Part shown: piece after piece, positions 50,103 through 58,599 of the stretch
How positions within the stretch are numbered: position 1 is the stretch's first letter
Layout: the number at the start of each line of letters is the position of its first letter
Source of the DNA: an uncultured Candidatus Saccharibacteria bacterium
GTDB taxonomy: Bacteria > Patescibacteriota > Doudnabacteria > UBA920
Length of the DNA: 64,000 nucleotides
Assembly (NCBI GenBank): GCA_964474825.1
Contig: CAYYWQ010000001.1
Location: 357,609 to 421,608 of the forward strand
Reading direction: 5' to 3'
Translations under genes and position numbers: made by a program
Notes under the pieces: generated by a model
What the model saw: the letters and a program-made list of their open reading frames with translations, nothing else
Told to the model about the DNA's origin: nothing
Databases searched by the model: none

Positions 50103-50905
50103 CGTGTTTGCAGTTTTACTAATTTTAGATCCAATTTTTTGCCAAATAGTCTTTTGGCTACATCCGCAAACCCTTTTTTCTTATCTGTCACCAAAAATTT
50201 TTGCTGATGATTCTTTGAAAGACTTTTAGCAATTTCGGGATGCCGTTTTAGATAATCAGACAGCTTCCTGGGAATAATTTCATCCTGGCTTATTATGGTT
50301 ATACCCTTGGCCGCATTCCGAGCTTCTTTTTTTAAAATTTGATAATGCGTACAACCCAAAATGAGCGCTTCAATTCCCTGCTTTTGAAGCGTTCCTATGT
50401 ATGATTTTAAGGCTTTTTCCGCATTTTGTAAAGAATTCTGCTCAATTAAGGGCACTAGTTTTGGTGCGGCCAGTTCAATAATCTTGGCTTTAGGGTCAAT
50501 TTTAATTAACTCCTTTTTGTAAATATGGGATTTTATAGTCGCGGTTGTACCAATAACTCCAATGACTTTTCGCCTATGATTATTGTCAGCCGTTTCCAGA
50601 GTTGGTATAACAACGCCTAAAACCCTGCGGTTGGGAAAATGTTTTGGCAAATACTTTTGCTGAATTTTACGTAGCGCAAGCGCGGAAGATGTATTACACG
50701 CGACAATTACCAGAGCGCAATTTTGTTTAAACAAAAAATCCACTGCTTTTAGCGTGTAGTTATAAATTTGACTGCCGGACTTTTCACCGTAAGGCAAATT
50801 TTTCGTGTCCCCAAAATAGACAAAGTCGTATTTAGGTAACTTTTTAAAAATGGCTTTTGCTATAACCAAGCCTCCCAGCCCTGAGTCAAAAATTCCAATG
50901 CGCAT
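50069..50905 (-). CDS. murI: Glutamate racemase
   Basis: 278 aa. N-terminal 'GIFDSGLGGL' and a second catalytic Cys region (LGCTHY). The C-terminal 10 codons run into the tRNA-Thr 5' end. Confidence 0.85.
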   Translation of the reverse strand: MRIGIFDSGLGGLVIAKAIFKKLPKYDFVYFGDTKNLPYGEKSGSQIYNYTLKAVDFLFKQNCALVIVACNTSSALALRKIQQKYLPKHFPNRRVLGVVIPTLETADNNHRRKVIGVIGTTATIKSHIYKKELIKIDPKAKIIELAAPKLVPLIEQNSLQNAEKALKSYIGTLQKQGIEALILGCTHYQILKKEARNAAKGITIISQDEIIPRKLSDYLKRHPEIAKSLSKNHQQKFLVTDKKKGFADVAKRLFGKKLDLKLVKLQTRRPPRRIITPA

Positions 50906-50974
50906 ATGACAATTATAGTTTAAAACCCCACAAATTTAAAGAGCCCACTTTTTAGCGGGCTCTTTGTAAAAAAA

Positions 50975-53182
50975 TTATTGTATGCCGGCTTGCGATAATA
51001 TGTGTTTGCCTGCTGGGTATCCCCCGGTGGCGCCGCCAAAGCAAAAGCTTAGTTTGTAGCTTTCCGGACTTACGTAAATATAATTGTATTTATTGTCTGT
51101 CTCACTGCAGCTGCCACCGGCCGGAGTTGGTGCTATGGGGATTTGCTGTAAGTATTTTGGCGACAAGTCTTCGATTTTTTTTGGGTAAGAGCCATAGTCG
51201 TTATAGTAAAGCTCTAAACCGGCCGCAAATTGTCTTGTGTCGGAAAGACGCTGGCTGTCCAAGGAAGAGGGTGTGGGCTTGGCGGTTAGGCTGTTTAATT
51301 GGAACTGTTGTTTAATCCATTCAGCAACATCCAGGCTGTCTTCAGGTGCTGTTACTTCTTGCTTTTTGCCGTAATCAGAATATGTAATTTGCATATTAAA
51401 TTCTGCCAGCGGTTGCGGCGTTTTTTGCTGCTGCTCAACATCCACCTGTTTACTGCAGTTTTCGGGCTTGTCAGAGCAGGCTATGCCTGCTTCAATTCCC
51501 GTTGTACTTAATTTGGCTATGCCTGCTTTATAACCTCCGGTCTCAGCGCCAAAACAAAAGGTAAATTCGTAAGACGGATAAACAATAAGGCCGTTGGTCG
51601 TTTTGGGATTGCCCGTTGGCGTGTACCAGTAGTCGTTATAGTAATTTGAACAAGCGCCATCGGCGGGAGTGGGAGCCTTTGGTATTTGGCCAATGTAACT
51701 CGGGGTAAGCCCCTGAGGCGTTCCGTTTTGTCCTGCGGGATAACCGTTATGGTCGTTATAGAACAATTCAAGGGCGGTCGCGATCTGTCTTGTGTCCGCT
51801 AGTCTTTTTGCGTCCCGGCTTTTGGCACGGGCGTTACCTAAAAAGCCTAAATCGCCGGTAGTTTCGTCCGCAAAAGTTGCTAATCCCGGCATTTTAACAT
51901 TAATAGCCAATTTATAAATTTGAGAATCTTTTTTCCCAATCCAGGTTTCAAAAGTCGCAATGTTAATTTTTTCTATAAAATTATTTATTACCTGTCTTAC
52001 CGCTCCCGCCGAAGCCGCCTGGGCAAGGGAGGAAGACGCATAAGCATTGTCAAAAACGGTATTAATAATTGTTTTTAAAGTACTCTTATCCACCTCGCTT
52101 TGTAAATGATAGGTCTGCACTCCGCTTACGGTTTCTGAGCCCAGATTTTTTACTGAACTAAAAATTTGTTTAGTTTTAAAAATATTTGCCAAATCTTGCT
52201 GGATTTTTGCTTGTGATTGTTTTTGTTCGTCTAGTTGCTTTTGAAATTCGACTCCGTAAGAAGTGGACGAAGCCAGTTTAATTAGTTCTTTTAAATCAAA
52301 CTTAAGCCATCCAATTGTTTGTCCTGCCTCTTTGGACAACTCAGGAAGATCCTTTAAGTCTAAGTATAAAATGTCGTTTAATGTCCGGACTTCAAAATTC
52401 CTACTTCCGGACTGCAAATTAACTCCGGCATTATTCGGGAGCTGGTAACCTACGGCAAAGGCAGATTTAGAAACAGGTGAAGATGTTACTGTTGTGTCTA
52501 AGTAGGTTGAGCCGCTTAAAGAAAAACTAAATGGCTGGGGTTTTCCTGAATCGTCCGGCATTCCCGGGTCGCTATAACTAAATTTAAAATTTTGCGTGGT
52601 TATAGGGTTTTTTTTGGAGGTGGCATATTTATTCCAAATTTTTTGGGGAGCTGGATTAAAATAGCCATATGCAAAATAACCTCCTGCCCCCAGTACCACG
52701 ACTGCTACAAATATTGCAAGAATTACAATTAATTTTTTGCTGGAATGGGCTGATGCCGCGAAATGCTGGTCACTTAAGGTTTCGTGAGCCGGGGTTTGAG
52801 TTTTTTCTGTGGGAAGATTAGAAAAAGACAGCGCGGCCTCAGGCTTGCTTCCGGAAGATGACGCAAACATTGGCGGTAAGTGAGCAGGCTGGCTTAAAGG
52901 TTTGTAAAGAGGTGAGGCTTGCTTGGCTAAAATTGGCTGAAGAGTTGGGTGTGGCTGCTCATGTGGTAGCGTTGATTGTGCTGCAGGCTGAGCTATTTGA
53001 GAGGCGGGTGTTGGTTTGGCTTCAGGTTCCGCTACCCGGACATACGAAAAATTATCCTCGACCATGCCGGGATCCCAGCCCACATCTAGCAAGTTTTGTT
53101 TAATTTCTGTTTCAGTAAGGCCGTGTGCTTTGGCCTCTTTAATATAATTGACTATCTCTATCTCCATAGAGTTATTATACAC
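50975..53182 (-). CDS. Large membrane-anchored protein: N-terminal cytoplasmic domain, Pro/Gln-rich linker, TM, then two tandem pilin-like globular domains
   Basis: 735 aa. Two repeats: 'RDAKRLADTRQIATALELFYNDHNGYP...FCFG..TGGY' and 'SDTRQFAAGLELYYNDYGSYP...FCFGGATGGY'. Confidence 0.5.
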   Translation of the reverse strand: MYNNSMEIEIVNYIKEAKAHGLTETEIKQNLLDVGWDPGMVEDNFSYVRVAEPEAKPTPASQIAQPAAQSTLPHEQPHPTLQPILAKQASPLYKPLSQPAHLPPMFASSSGSKPEAALSFSNLPTEKTQTPAHETLSDQHFAASAHSSKKLIVILAIFVAVVVLGAGGYFAYGYFNPAPQKIWNKYATSKKNPITTQNFKFSYSDPGMPDDSGKPQPFSFSLSGSTYLDTTVTSSPVSKSAFAVGYQLPNNAGVNLQSGSRNFEVRTLNDILYLDLKDLPELSKEAGQTIGWLKFDLKELIKLASSTSYGVEFQKQLDEQKQSQAKIQQDLANIFKTKQIFSSVKNLGSETVSGVQTYHLQSEVDKSTLKTIINTVFDNAYASSSLAQAASAGAVRQVINNFIEKINIATFETWIGKKDSQIYKLAINVKMPGLATFADETTGDLGFLGNARAKSRDAKRLADTRQIATALELFYNDHNGYPAGQNGTPQGLTPSYIGQIPKAPTPADGACSNYYNDYWYTPTGNPKTTNGLIVYPSYEFTFCFGAETGGYKAGIAKLSTTGIEAGIACSDKPENCSKQVDVEQQQKTPQPLAEFNMQITYSDYGKKQEVTAPEDSLDVAEWIKQQFQLNSLTAKPTPSSLDSQRLSDTRQFAAGLELYYNDYGSYPKKIEDLSPKYLQQIPIAPTPAGGSCSETDNKYNYIYVSPESYKLSFCFGGATGGYPAGKHILSQAGIQ

Positions 53183-53213
53183 CTATTGCTCACTTTATTA
53201 ATCCACAGTCAAA

Positions 53214-54080
53214 TTATAGGCTAATAATTTTTATAACGGTAATGTTTTTGGTTTCGTTTTTGTACCAAGCGTTAAAATCACTGCCGTTTAGAAAAATTTG
53301 CCGTATTTGCAGCTTGCCGTTGTCTTTAGACTCAATTTTAACTACTTCCAAGCCGTACCGAGTGGAGACGATTTTAATATCCCCTACGTTGGTTTGCTGG
53401 AGAGGGCTTTGGATTTCGGGCAACAGGTCTTTTAGGTCTAAAAGACCTGTGTCTCCCCCTAATTTTTTACTCTGTTCGTCTTCGCTGTAAAGCTGTACCA
53501 AGTCATCAAATTTGTCACCGGCCTGGGCTTTATTTAAAATGTCATTGGCTTTTGTGTAGCTTTCGGAATTTAAATTTTCTTGGCCGTAAAACCAACTTGC
53601 CAAATAGGCAGCCTGCATTTCAGATTTTAAAACGCCGTTTTTATAAGCCTGTTTGCTTAAACCGATTTTTAACAAAGCGTTATCCAGGCTCCCCTGGCCT
53701 TCTTGGACGAATTGTTTTTCCCTTAAGGTAAATTCCGAATCCAGTTGAGCACTTGAAATTTTTATGCCTTTTTGAGCGCCTAAAATTTGAACCTTGGTTT
53801 GTTCAATTAAATTATTAAAAATTTGTTCATTAAGCACAGTGTTGCTCGTCCCGCTGTTTTGCGCGGAAAAGGACCTTGCGATTTCTAAGCGTTCAGCTAG
53901 CGTTTTTACGCTAACAGGCTGGCCGCCCACAAAAGCCGCTGGGAAAGGAACCCGTGTAAAAATTTTTTCCTTAACGGGTGTAAGAGACCCAAAAGAAAGC
54001 CATGCCCATGAGGCCGTAATTAAAACCAAGACCACAACAATTACCGCAACAAAAATTTTTAAAATTATTTTACTTTTCAT
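53214..54080 (-). CDS. Membrane-anchored parvulin-type peptidyl-prolyl isomerase (PrsA/SurA-like)
   Basis: 288 aa. N-terminal TM and C-terminal parvulin-like segment (AGDKFDDLVQLYSEDEQSKKLGGDTG...TRYGLEVVKIE). Confidence 0.55.
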   Translation of the reverse strand: MKSKIILKIFVAVIVVVLVLITASWAWLSFGSLTPVKEKIFTRVPFPAAFVGGQPVSVKTLAERLEIARSFSAQNSGTSNTVLNEQIFNNLIEQTKVQILGAQKGIKISSAQLDSEFTLREKQFVQEGQGSLDNALLKIGLSKQAYKNGVLKSEMQAAYLASWFYGQENLNSESYTKANDILNKAQAGDKFDDLVQLYSEDEQSKKLGGDTGLLDLKDLLPEIQSPLQQTNVGDIKIVSTRYGLEVVKIESKDNGKLQIRQIFLNGSDFNAWYKNETKNITVIKIISL

Positions 54081-54095
54081 CTTTGTTTAAGTGCA

Positions 54096-54467
54096 TTAAT
54101 TATTTCCAAAAAAATATTCAACCCATTTTTCATAGTTTGGTGCTTTATTTTGTTCCGAACGGTCCAATGGTGAAGTTTGCGCCGGTGCGTCAGTAAAGCC
54201 AAACACTACTTCGCCCTCCCTTTTCAAATTGAGCTGCTGTCTCGCAGCACGTTCTTTAAAATCACTGGAATTTAAATAGGACAGGGAATCGCTAAGGTCC
54301 TGATTCTTTTTGCTAAAAGAAGCAATTTGGTTTTCTAAATCCTTTTTTTCCCTGTCTACAGCCCGCTGGTTTTTATATTGTTGGTAACGCAGGTTGCCAA
54401 TAAAAACGGTAAATAACAGCAAAATAGCAAGGGATAATTTAGAAGACCAGTTAAGTTTAAGCTTCAT
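54096..54467 (-). CDS. Septum-formation-initiator family protein (FtsB/DivIC/FtsL-like)
   Basis: 123 aa. One TM, then a coiled-coil and '...ARQQLNLKREGEVVF'. Confidence 0.5.
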   Translation of the reverse strand: MKLKLNWSSKLSLAILLLFTVFIGNLRYQQYKNQRAVDREKKDLENQIASFSKKNQDLSDSLSYLNSSDFKERAARQQLNLKREGEVVFGFTDAPAQTSPLDRSEQNKAPNYEKWVEYFFGNN

Positions 54468-54470
54468 AAG

Positions 54471-54971
54471 CTATTTGTTTAAAACATCTGTTCCGGCGTG
54501 TGCCTGCTGCAAAGACCACAAAAAAGTTTTTAGGTTTTCCGGTTTGCGCAAATTTTCTAAAATTAAAGGTTTTTCCAGGCCCATAACCCTGACTTCCACG
54601 TTGCCGTAGTTGAGTAGAGAGGAAAAAAAACCGGTTGTGCTAAAACTAATATGGGAAATGCGCGCCAGCGGAGACTCCAGCACCTGCTTTTTAAATAAAC
54701 TTAAATATTTTACGACGATTAACCGCTTGTCCGTAACTATGTAAGAGCTGGCCAGCCAAATAAGGTAGTGGTAAAGGCCGTAGCAAAAAACTAAAATAAT
54801 CCAAACTAAAAACCATTTTCCCAAGGAAGAAAACAAGTCCGCCCGGGCCATTAAAAACCAGGGAAAATAAATTGCCAACAAAATAACCACTACGGTTTTT
54901 GCCAAAACCCACTCCGTTTGGCGGTAAATTTTAAAAACCTGCTCATTGGGCTGTAAATCCAGTGAAAACAT
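54471..54971 (-). CDS. Membrane protein with bacterial PH-like (YdbS/YdbT-type) domain
   Basis: 166 aa. Two TM, then a beta-rich domain. Confidence 0.35.
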   Translation of the reverse strand: MFSLDLQPNEQVFKIYRQTEWVLAKTVVVILLAIYFPWFLMARADLFSSLGKWFLVWIILVFCYGLYHYLIWLASSYIVTDKRLIVVKYLSLFKKQVLESPLARISHISFSTTGFFSSLLNYGNVEVRVMGLEKPLILENLRKPENLKTFLWSLQQAHAGTDVLNK

Positions 54972-55104
54972 TTTTGTTATTGGTTGGTTAAGAAGGCACT
55001 TCCAAATAATGCCATAATCATGCTAACTACAACCACTATCATGACAATTGTCATGATTTTTTGCATTGCTTTACGGTTTTTGTTCATTTATGTATTATAA
55101 CAGA

Positions 55105-55866
55105 TTATTCACGGATGCGGCCCAAAAATGCGGCAGTCCAGTTTCGGTAGCCCAGGTCGTTAGGATGAAAATTGTCGGCCGCGTAAGTTTTACTGCGGTC
55201 CTTGTAAGGTTCCTCAGACCAGCCAAAGTCCTTGATGTTTACTATTTTTACCCTCTCATCTTCCAAGGCTAAAATATTTTTATTTAAATTCTTGTCATGG
55301 TATTCCAAAAAGTTAATATAAAACCAGGGCAAGATTGACGCTCCCTTGAAATTGGGGGTGCCGGTAATATAAATTTTTGCTGACGTATCTTTCTCAAGCT
55401 TTGTAATTATTGCTTTGAGGTTATTTATAATTTTATTCTGGGAAACCAAATGCGTAATATCGTTACCGGTTATACAAATGGTTACAACGTCCGGTTTGTA
55501 AGCAATAATGTCATTAACCTGTTTTTCTAAAACGTCCTTAGTTGTAGCACCCTTAACGGAAATATTTTTGTAAGTTACTGTATTGGTTTCTGCCAAAAAT
55601 TCCGCTACTTGGAAGTTAAAAGTTTTTTCCAAACTGCTGGCGCCATAACCATATCCCACGCTGTCCCCTGCCGCTATAAAACGTAAAGTCGGCCCACTGC
55701 CCAAAGTTTTCTCGTTCTGCTCTATTGCCGGCAAAACGGGCAAAAAAGAATATTTATATACAAAAAGCAGTACTTCAAAAGTAAAGTATAAAATTACTAA
55801 AACAATAATTGTGGTTATGGTTTTTATTATCATGTAAGTATTGTTACTATAGCAAAAATAGCACAA
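55105..55866 (-). CDS. SGNH/GDSL-family hydrolase, membrane-anchored
   Basis: 253 aa. Block I AAGDSVGYG, block III GTPN and block V DxxH (DNFHPND). Confidence 0.65.
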   Translation of the reverse strand: MCYFCYSNNTYMIIKTITTIIVLVILYFTFEVLLFVYKYSFLPVLPAIEQNEKTLGSGPTLRFIAAGDSVGYGYGASSLEKTFNFQVAEFLAETNTVTYKNISVKGATTKDVLEKQVNDIIAYKPDVVTICITGNDITHLVSQNKIINNLKAIITKLEKDTSAKIYITGTPNFKGASILPWFYINFLEYHDKNLNKNILALEDERVKIVNIKDFGWSEEPYKDRSKTYAADNFHPNDLGYRNWTAAFLGRIRE

Positions 55867-55909
55867 ATAAAAAACCTCCTCCCTTTCGGGAGGAGGTAAA
55901 TTAAAGAGA

Positions 55910-56107
55910 TTAAACTCTCTGGACGTTGACAGCGTTCGGACCCTTTGGGGAGTCTTCTACTTCGAAGCTGACTTGGTCGCCTTCGTGAAGGTCAGCGAAC
56001 TGAACTCCGACTAAGGACTTGCTGTGAAAGAATAAATCTTTCTCTTGACCCTCAACTGTAATAAAGCCGAAGCCTTTGTCAGTGAGTTTCTTAATTACAC
56101 CAGTCAT
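55910..56107 (-). CDS. cspA: Cold-shock domain protein
   Basis: 65 aa with RNP1 KGFGFI and RNP2-like motifs. Confidence 0.9.
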   Translation of the reverse strand: MTGVIKKLTDKGFGFITVEGQEKDLFFHSKSLVGVQFADLHEGDQVSFEVEDSPKGPNAVNVQRV

Positions 56108-56281
56108 TGGAATAAATTTTATTGATTAGAAGCAAAGCTTAATAATATGTTTGGAAATTCGACTAGTTTCTTTACATAAATATTTGCCCTACGATTATAG
56201 CAAATAATAACTATTCTGTCAAGTTTATTGAGGATGAATTTGTATGAAATCCGGCCTGAGGTTTTCGCTTTCGCGAACGAC

Positions 56282-56923
56282 TCAGGCCGGGGTTTTGTCT
56301 AACTCACAACGCTTAGGGTTGTGAGCACGACGGTTGGCGCGTACCATTGCCACTTGGGAGACAATGTACGCAACATAGCCCACGAGCGGGCCGGATTTCT
56401 TTGCGTGGACGCAGTACGCTATAAGCAGTACCGCGCTAAGTATTGTGGTGGCGGGCAGAGATTCCCGAAATACGCCCTTGCTTCCGGCGCTTTTGACCTC
56501 AAACTTCTGCACAAAAAATGTGCCTAATCCAATGAGGCACATGGCCAGGTCTTTCCATGTTAGACCGAATCCATAAAGCCGGTAGCTGCTAATATAGGAG
56601 CTCGGCGCGCTTATCATGATCTCCAACAGCGCCGAGAGAAAAACAATTACTATTACCTCCCATTTCTTGATGCGTTTGAATTTCAGCACATAACCTAGCA
56701 GCCAGCTTCGGCAAATAATATTGCCGACACCGCTGGCCACAAAGGCCAAACCCCCGCCATCTTCTCCATATACTACCTTAGAGAGGCCGGCTGCGATTCC
56801 TCCGAGCAGCCAGGTGATGGAAATGGCCTCCCCACACTTTTCGTGAACAACCGTGCGCTTCTGCAACCAGTATCCGGCTGCAGTAAGCGCAATTGAAATT
56901 GCGATTACAACATTCCAGAACAC
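56282..56923 (-). CDS. Hypothetical integral membrane protein (about 6 TM) in a GC-rich cassette, GTG start
   Basis: 213 aa. Strong RBS AAGGAGG before the GTG. Local GC is near 50% against about 39% for the background. Confidence 0.4.
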   Translation of the reverse strand: MFWNVVIAISIALTAAGYWLQKRTVVHEKCGEAISITWLLGGIAAGLSKVVYGEDGGGLAFVASGVGNIICRSWLLGYVLKFKRIKKWEVIVIVFLSALLEIMISAPSSYISSYRLYGFGLTWKDLAMCLIGLGTFFVQKFEVKSAGSKGVFRESLPATTILSAVLLIAYCVHAKKSGPLVGYVAYIVSQVAMVRANRRAHNPKRCELDKTPA

Positions 56924-57071
56924 CGGTTAGCCTCCTTTTGGCTCTTAATAAAACAAACGTAAAGTGTAACCTATTGTAACAAAAGAGCCATTAAAGGCAA
57001 TGGAGTAAGTTAAAACGCAACCCTTTAACTTATTGTTCTAAAATCCGTTAAATTATTTGGAGGAGGATTCT

Positions 57072-57272
57072 ATGAACTTGCAAATGTGGAGGTTTACGTG
57101 CGTTGTGGGCCTAGTATCCTGGGTGGCCTTTTGGCTTAAAATCACAGTTAGGCACTTGCAACAGCGCCAGTATTTTCCATTTGTAATGAGCCTGCTGTTG
57201 CCGGGGATATTTATATACATATATGCATGGAGCTGGTTTTCCAGCTTTCCCGAAGTCTTGTTATCCCCCTAA
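57072..57272 (+). CDS. Small membrane protein (66 aa from the internal ATG with GGAGGAGG RBS)
   Basis: The track ORF 57057..57272 is longer, but the RBS favours ATG 57072. About 2 TM. Confidence 0.3.
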   Translation: MNLQMWRFTCVVGLVSWVAFWLKITVRHLQQRQYFPFVMSLLLPGIFIYIYAWSWFSSFPEVLLSP

Positions 57273-57283
57273 ATCTAGCTCCA

Positions 57284-57314
57284 AAAAAGGGGCCTCCCTA
57301 TGAGAGCCCCTTTT
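57284..57314. terminator. Bidirectional intrinsic terminator (AAAAGGGGC / loop / GCCCCTTTT)
   Basis: GC stem flanked by an A-tract and a T-tract. Confidence 0.6.
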
Positions 57315-57365
57315 AACCGTAGCCTGACACTAAATTAGCTTAAATATATTAATGACCAGCTGCTT

Positions 57366-57887
57366 CTAATAGCGATTGCGCTTAATGTAATTAAGGTAGA
57401 ATTTCAAAACCGGCAATTGCAGAGGAAAAATTTTTTTAGGATTTTTTTTAATTACTTTTTCTAATTCCTTTGTTGATAACCATTGTGGATCTTTTGCTTC
57501 ACTTTTTTGCATTTTGACCTTACCGCTTACTTCGCATAAAAATACGAAACCAATCCAGGGAAGTCCATTTCTTGTGGACAATACTTGCTGACAAAGAAAA
57601 GGTTTAAAAACGTAGGACTTGTCTTTTGAAGTTGGTTTTTCAATGCTACTTTTAAAATTTTGTAAAATTTTTACAACTTTAAGGCCGCATTCCTCCCGAA
57701 CTTCCCGTTTTAAAGCCGAATATACATCTTCATAGGCCCCAATTCCGCCCGCCGGTATTTCTAACATCCCCGAATATGGGGAGTCCACAAGAGGTTTCCA
57801 GCGAGTTTGAATAAATATCTTAATGCCCGACTTATCCTTCTTTTGTAAGATAGCAGAAACAACGGGCCAGCTGTTAGTTGGTTTCAT
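57366..57887 (-). CDS. NUDIX hydrolase
   Basis: 173 aa. Nudix box GGIGAYEDVYSALKREVREECGL. Confidence 0.65.
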   Translation of the reverse strand: MKPTNSWPVVSAILQKKDKSGIKIFIQTRWKPLVDSPYSGMLEIPAGGIGAYEDVYSALKREVREECGLKVVKILQNFKSSIEKPTSKDKSYVFKPFLCQQVLSTRNGLPWIGFVFLCEVSGKVKMQKSEAKDPQWLSTKELEKVIKKNPKKIFPLQLPVLKFYLNYIKRNRY

Positions 57888-58549
57888 TTTTTTGCAATAA
57901 AGTTTACAAAATGACTAAACTTGTCGCCAGCTTTTTCGCGCGTATGATTGAGCTCCATTAACTTTAGGCCAAACTTTTTCACAATATGGTCCTTTATATA
58001 CTTCTCGTCCCAAACTCGCCGCAGGTGACCCCGTCGGTCAAGTGCCAAATTTCCGTTGAGTTTTTTGCTATTTTTGATCGCATGGTCCTGGGCGTATTTA
58101 CCCTCAACCATTAAGAAGCCCCCTGGTTTAAGTAAGGAACATACTTCAGTTAAGAGTTTGTCGAGTTCAATGTCCGAAAGATGGAGAGAACTTCTGGCGT
58201 ATATAGCGTCTAGGAGGCTTTCGCGGTTAACAGGCAGCTCTTTAATATCTGCATTAATAGGATGAACCAAGGGAGAAGATTCGTCGGTTAAAGAATCTTC
58301 CTGTAAATGTTTCAGGGCAGGAAATGAAAAATCCATGGCATACACATCGCACTGTTTTTCCCTGGCAAAAAACCGGGCATCCCTGCCCGAAGCGGCTCCT
58401 AGTTCCAGTATTTTTGCGTTTTTTTGCAAAAACTCCGCACAGCGTACTGCAAAATTGTTCGGTAATAATGCAATTTCTTTATGCTCGTCCCTTCTTGCCT
58501 CGTGTTGCTTGTCCCAAAGATCTCTTTGCGACACCGAAGTCTCGATCAT
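57884..58549 (-). CDS. Class I SAM-dependent methyltransferase
   Basis: 221 aa. Motif I ILELGAASGRD and post-I acidic D (YAMDF). Confidence 0.7.
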   Translation of the reverse strand: MIETSVSQRDLWDKQHEARRDEHKEIALLPNNFAVRCAEFLQKNAKILELGAASGRDARFFAREKQCDVYAMDFSFPALKHLQEDSLTDESSPLVHPINADIKELPVNRESLLDAIYARSSLHLSDIELDKLLTEVCSLLKPGGFLMVEGKYAQDHAIKNSKKLNGNLALDRRGHLRRVWDEKYIKDHIVKKFGLKLMELNHTREKAGDKFSHFVNFIAKK

Positions 58550-58599
58550 TTTTTTGCTTTCGGTACCTCGGGGGACTCAGTTATTTATTTTAGTATATA

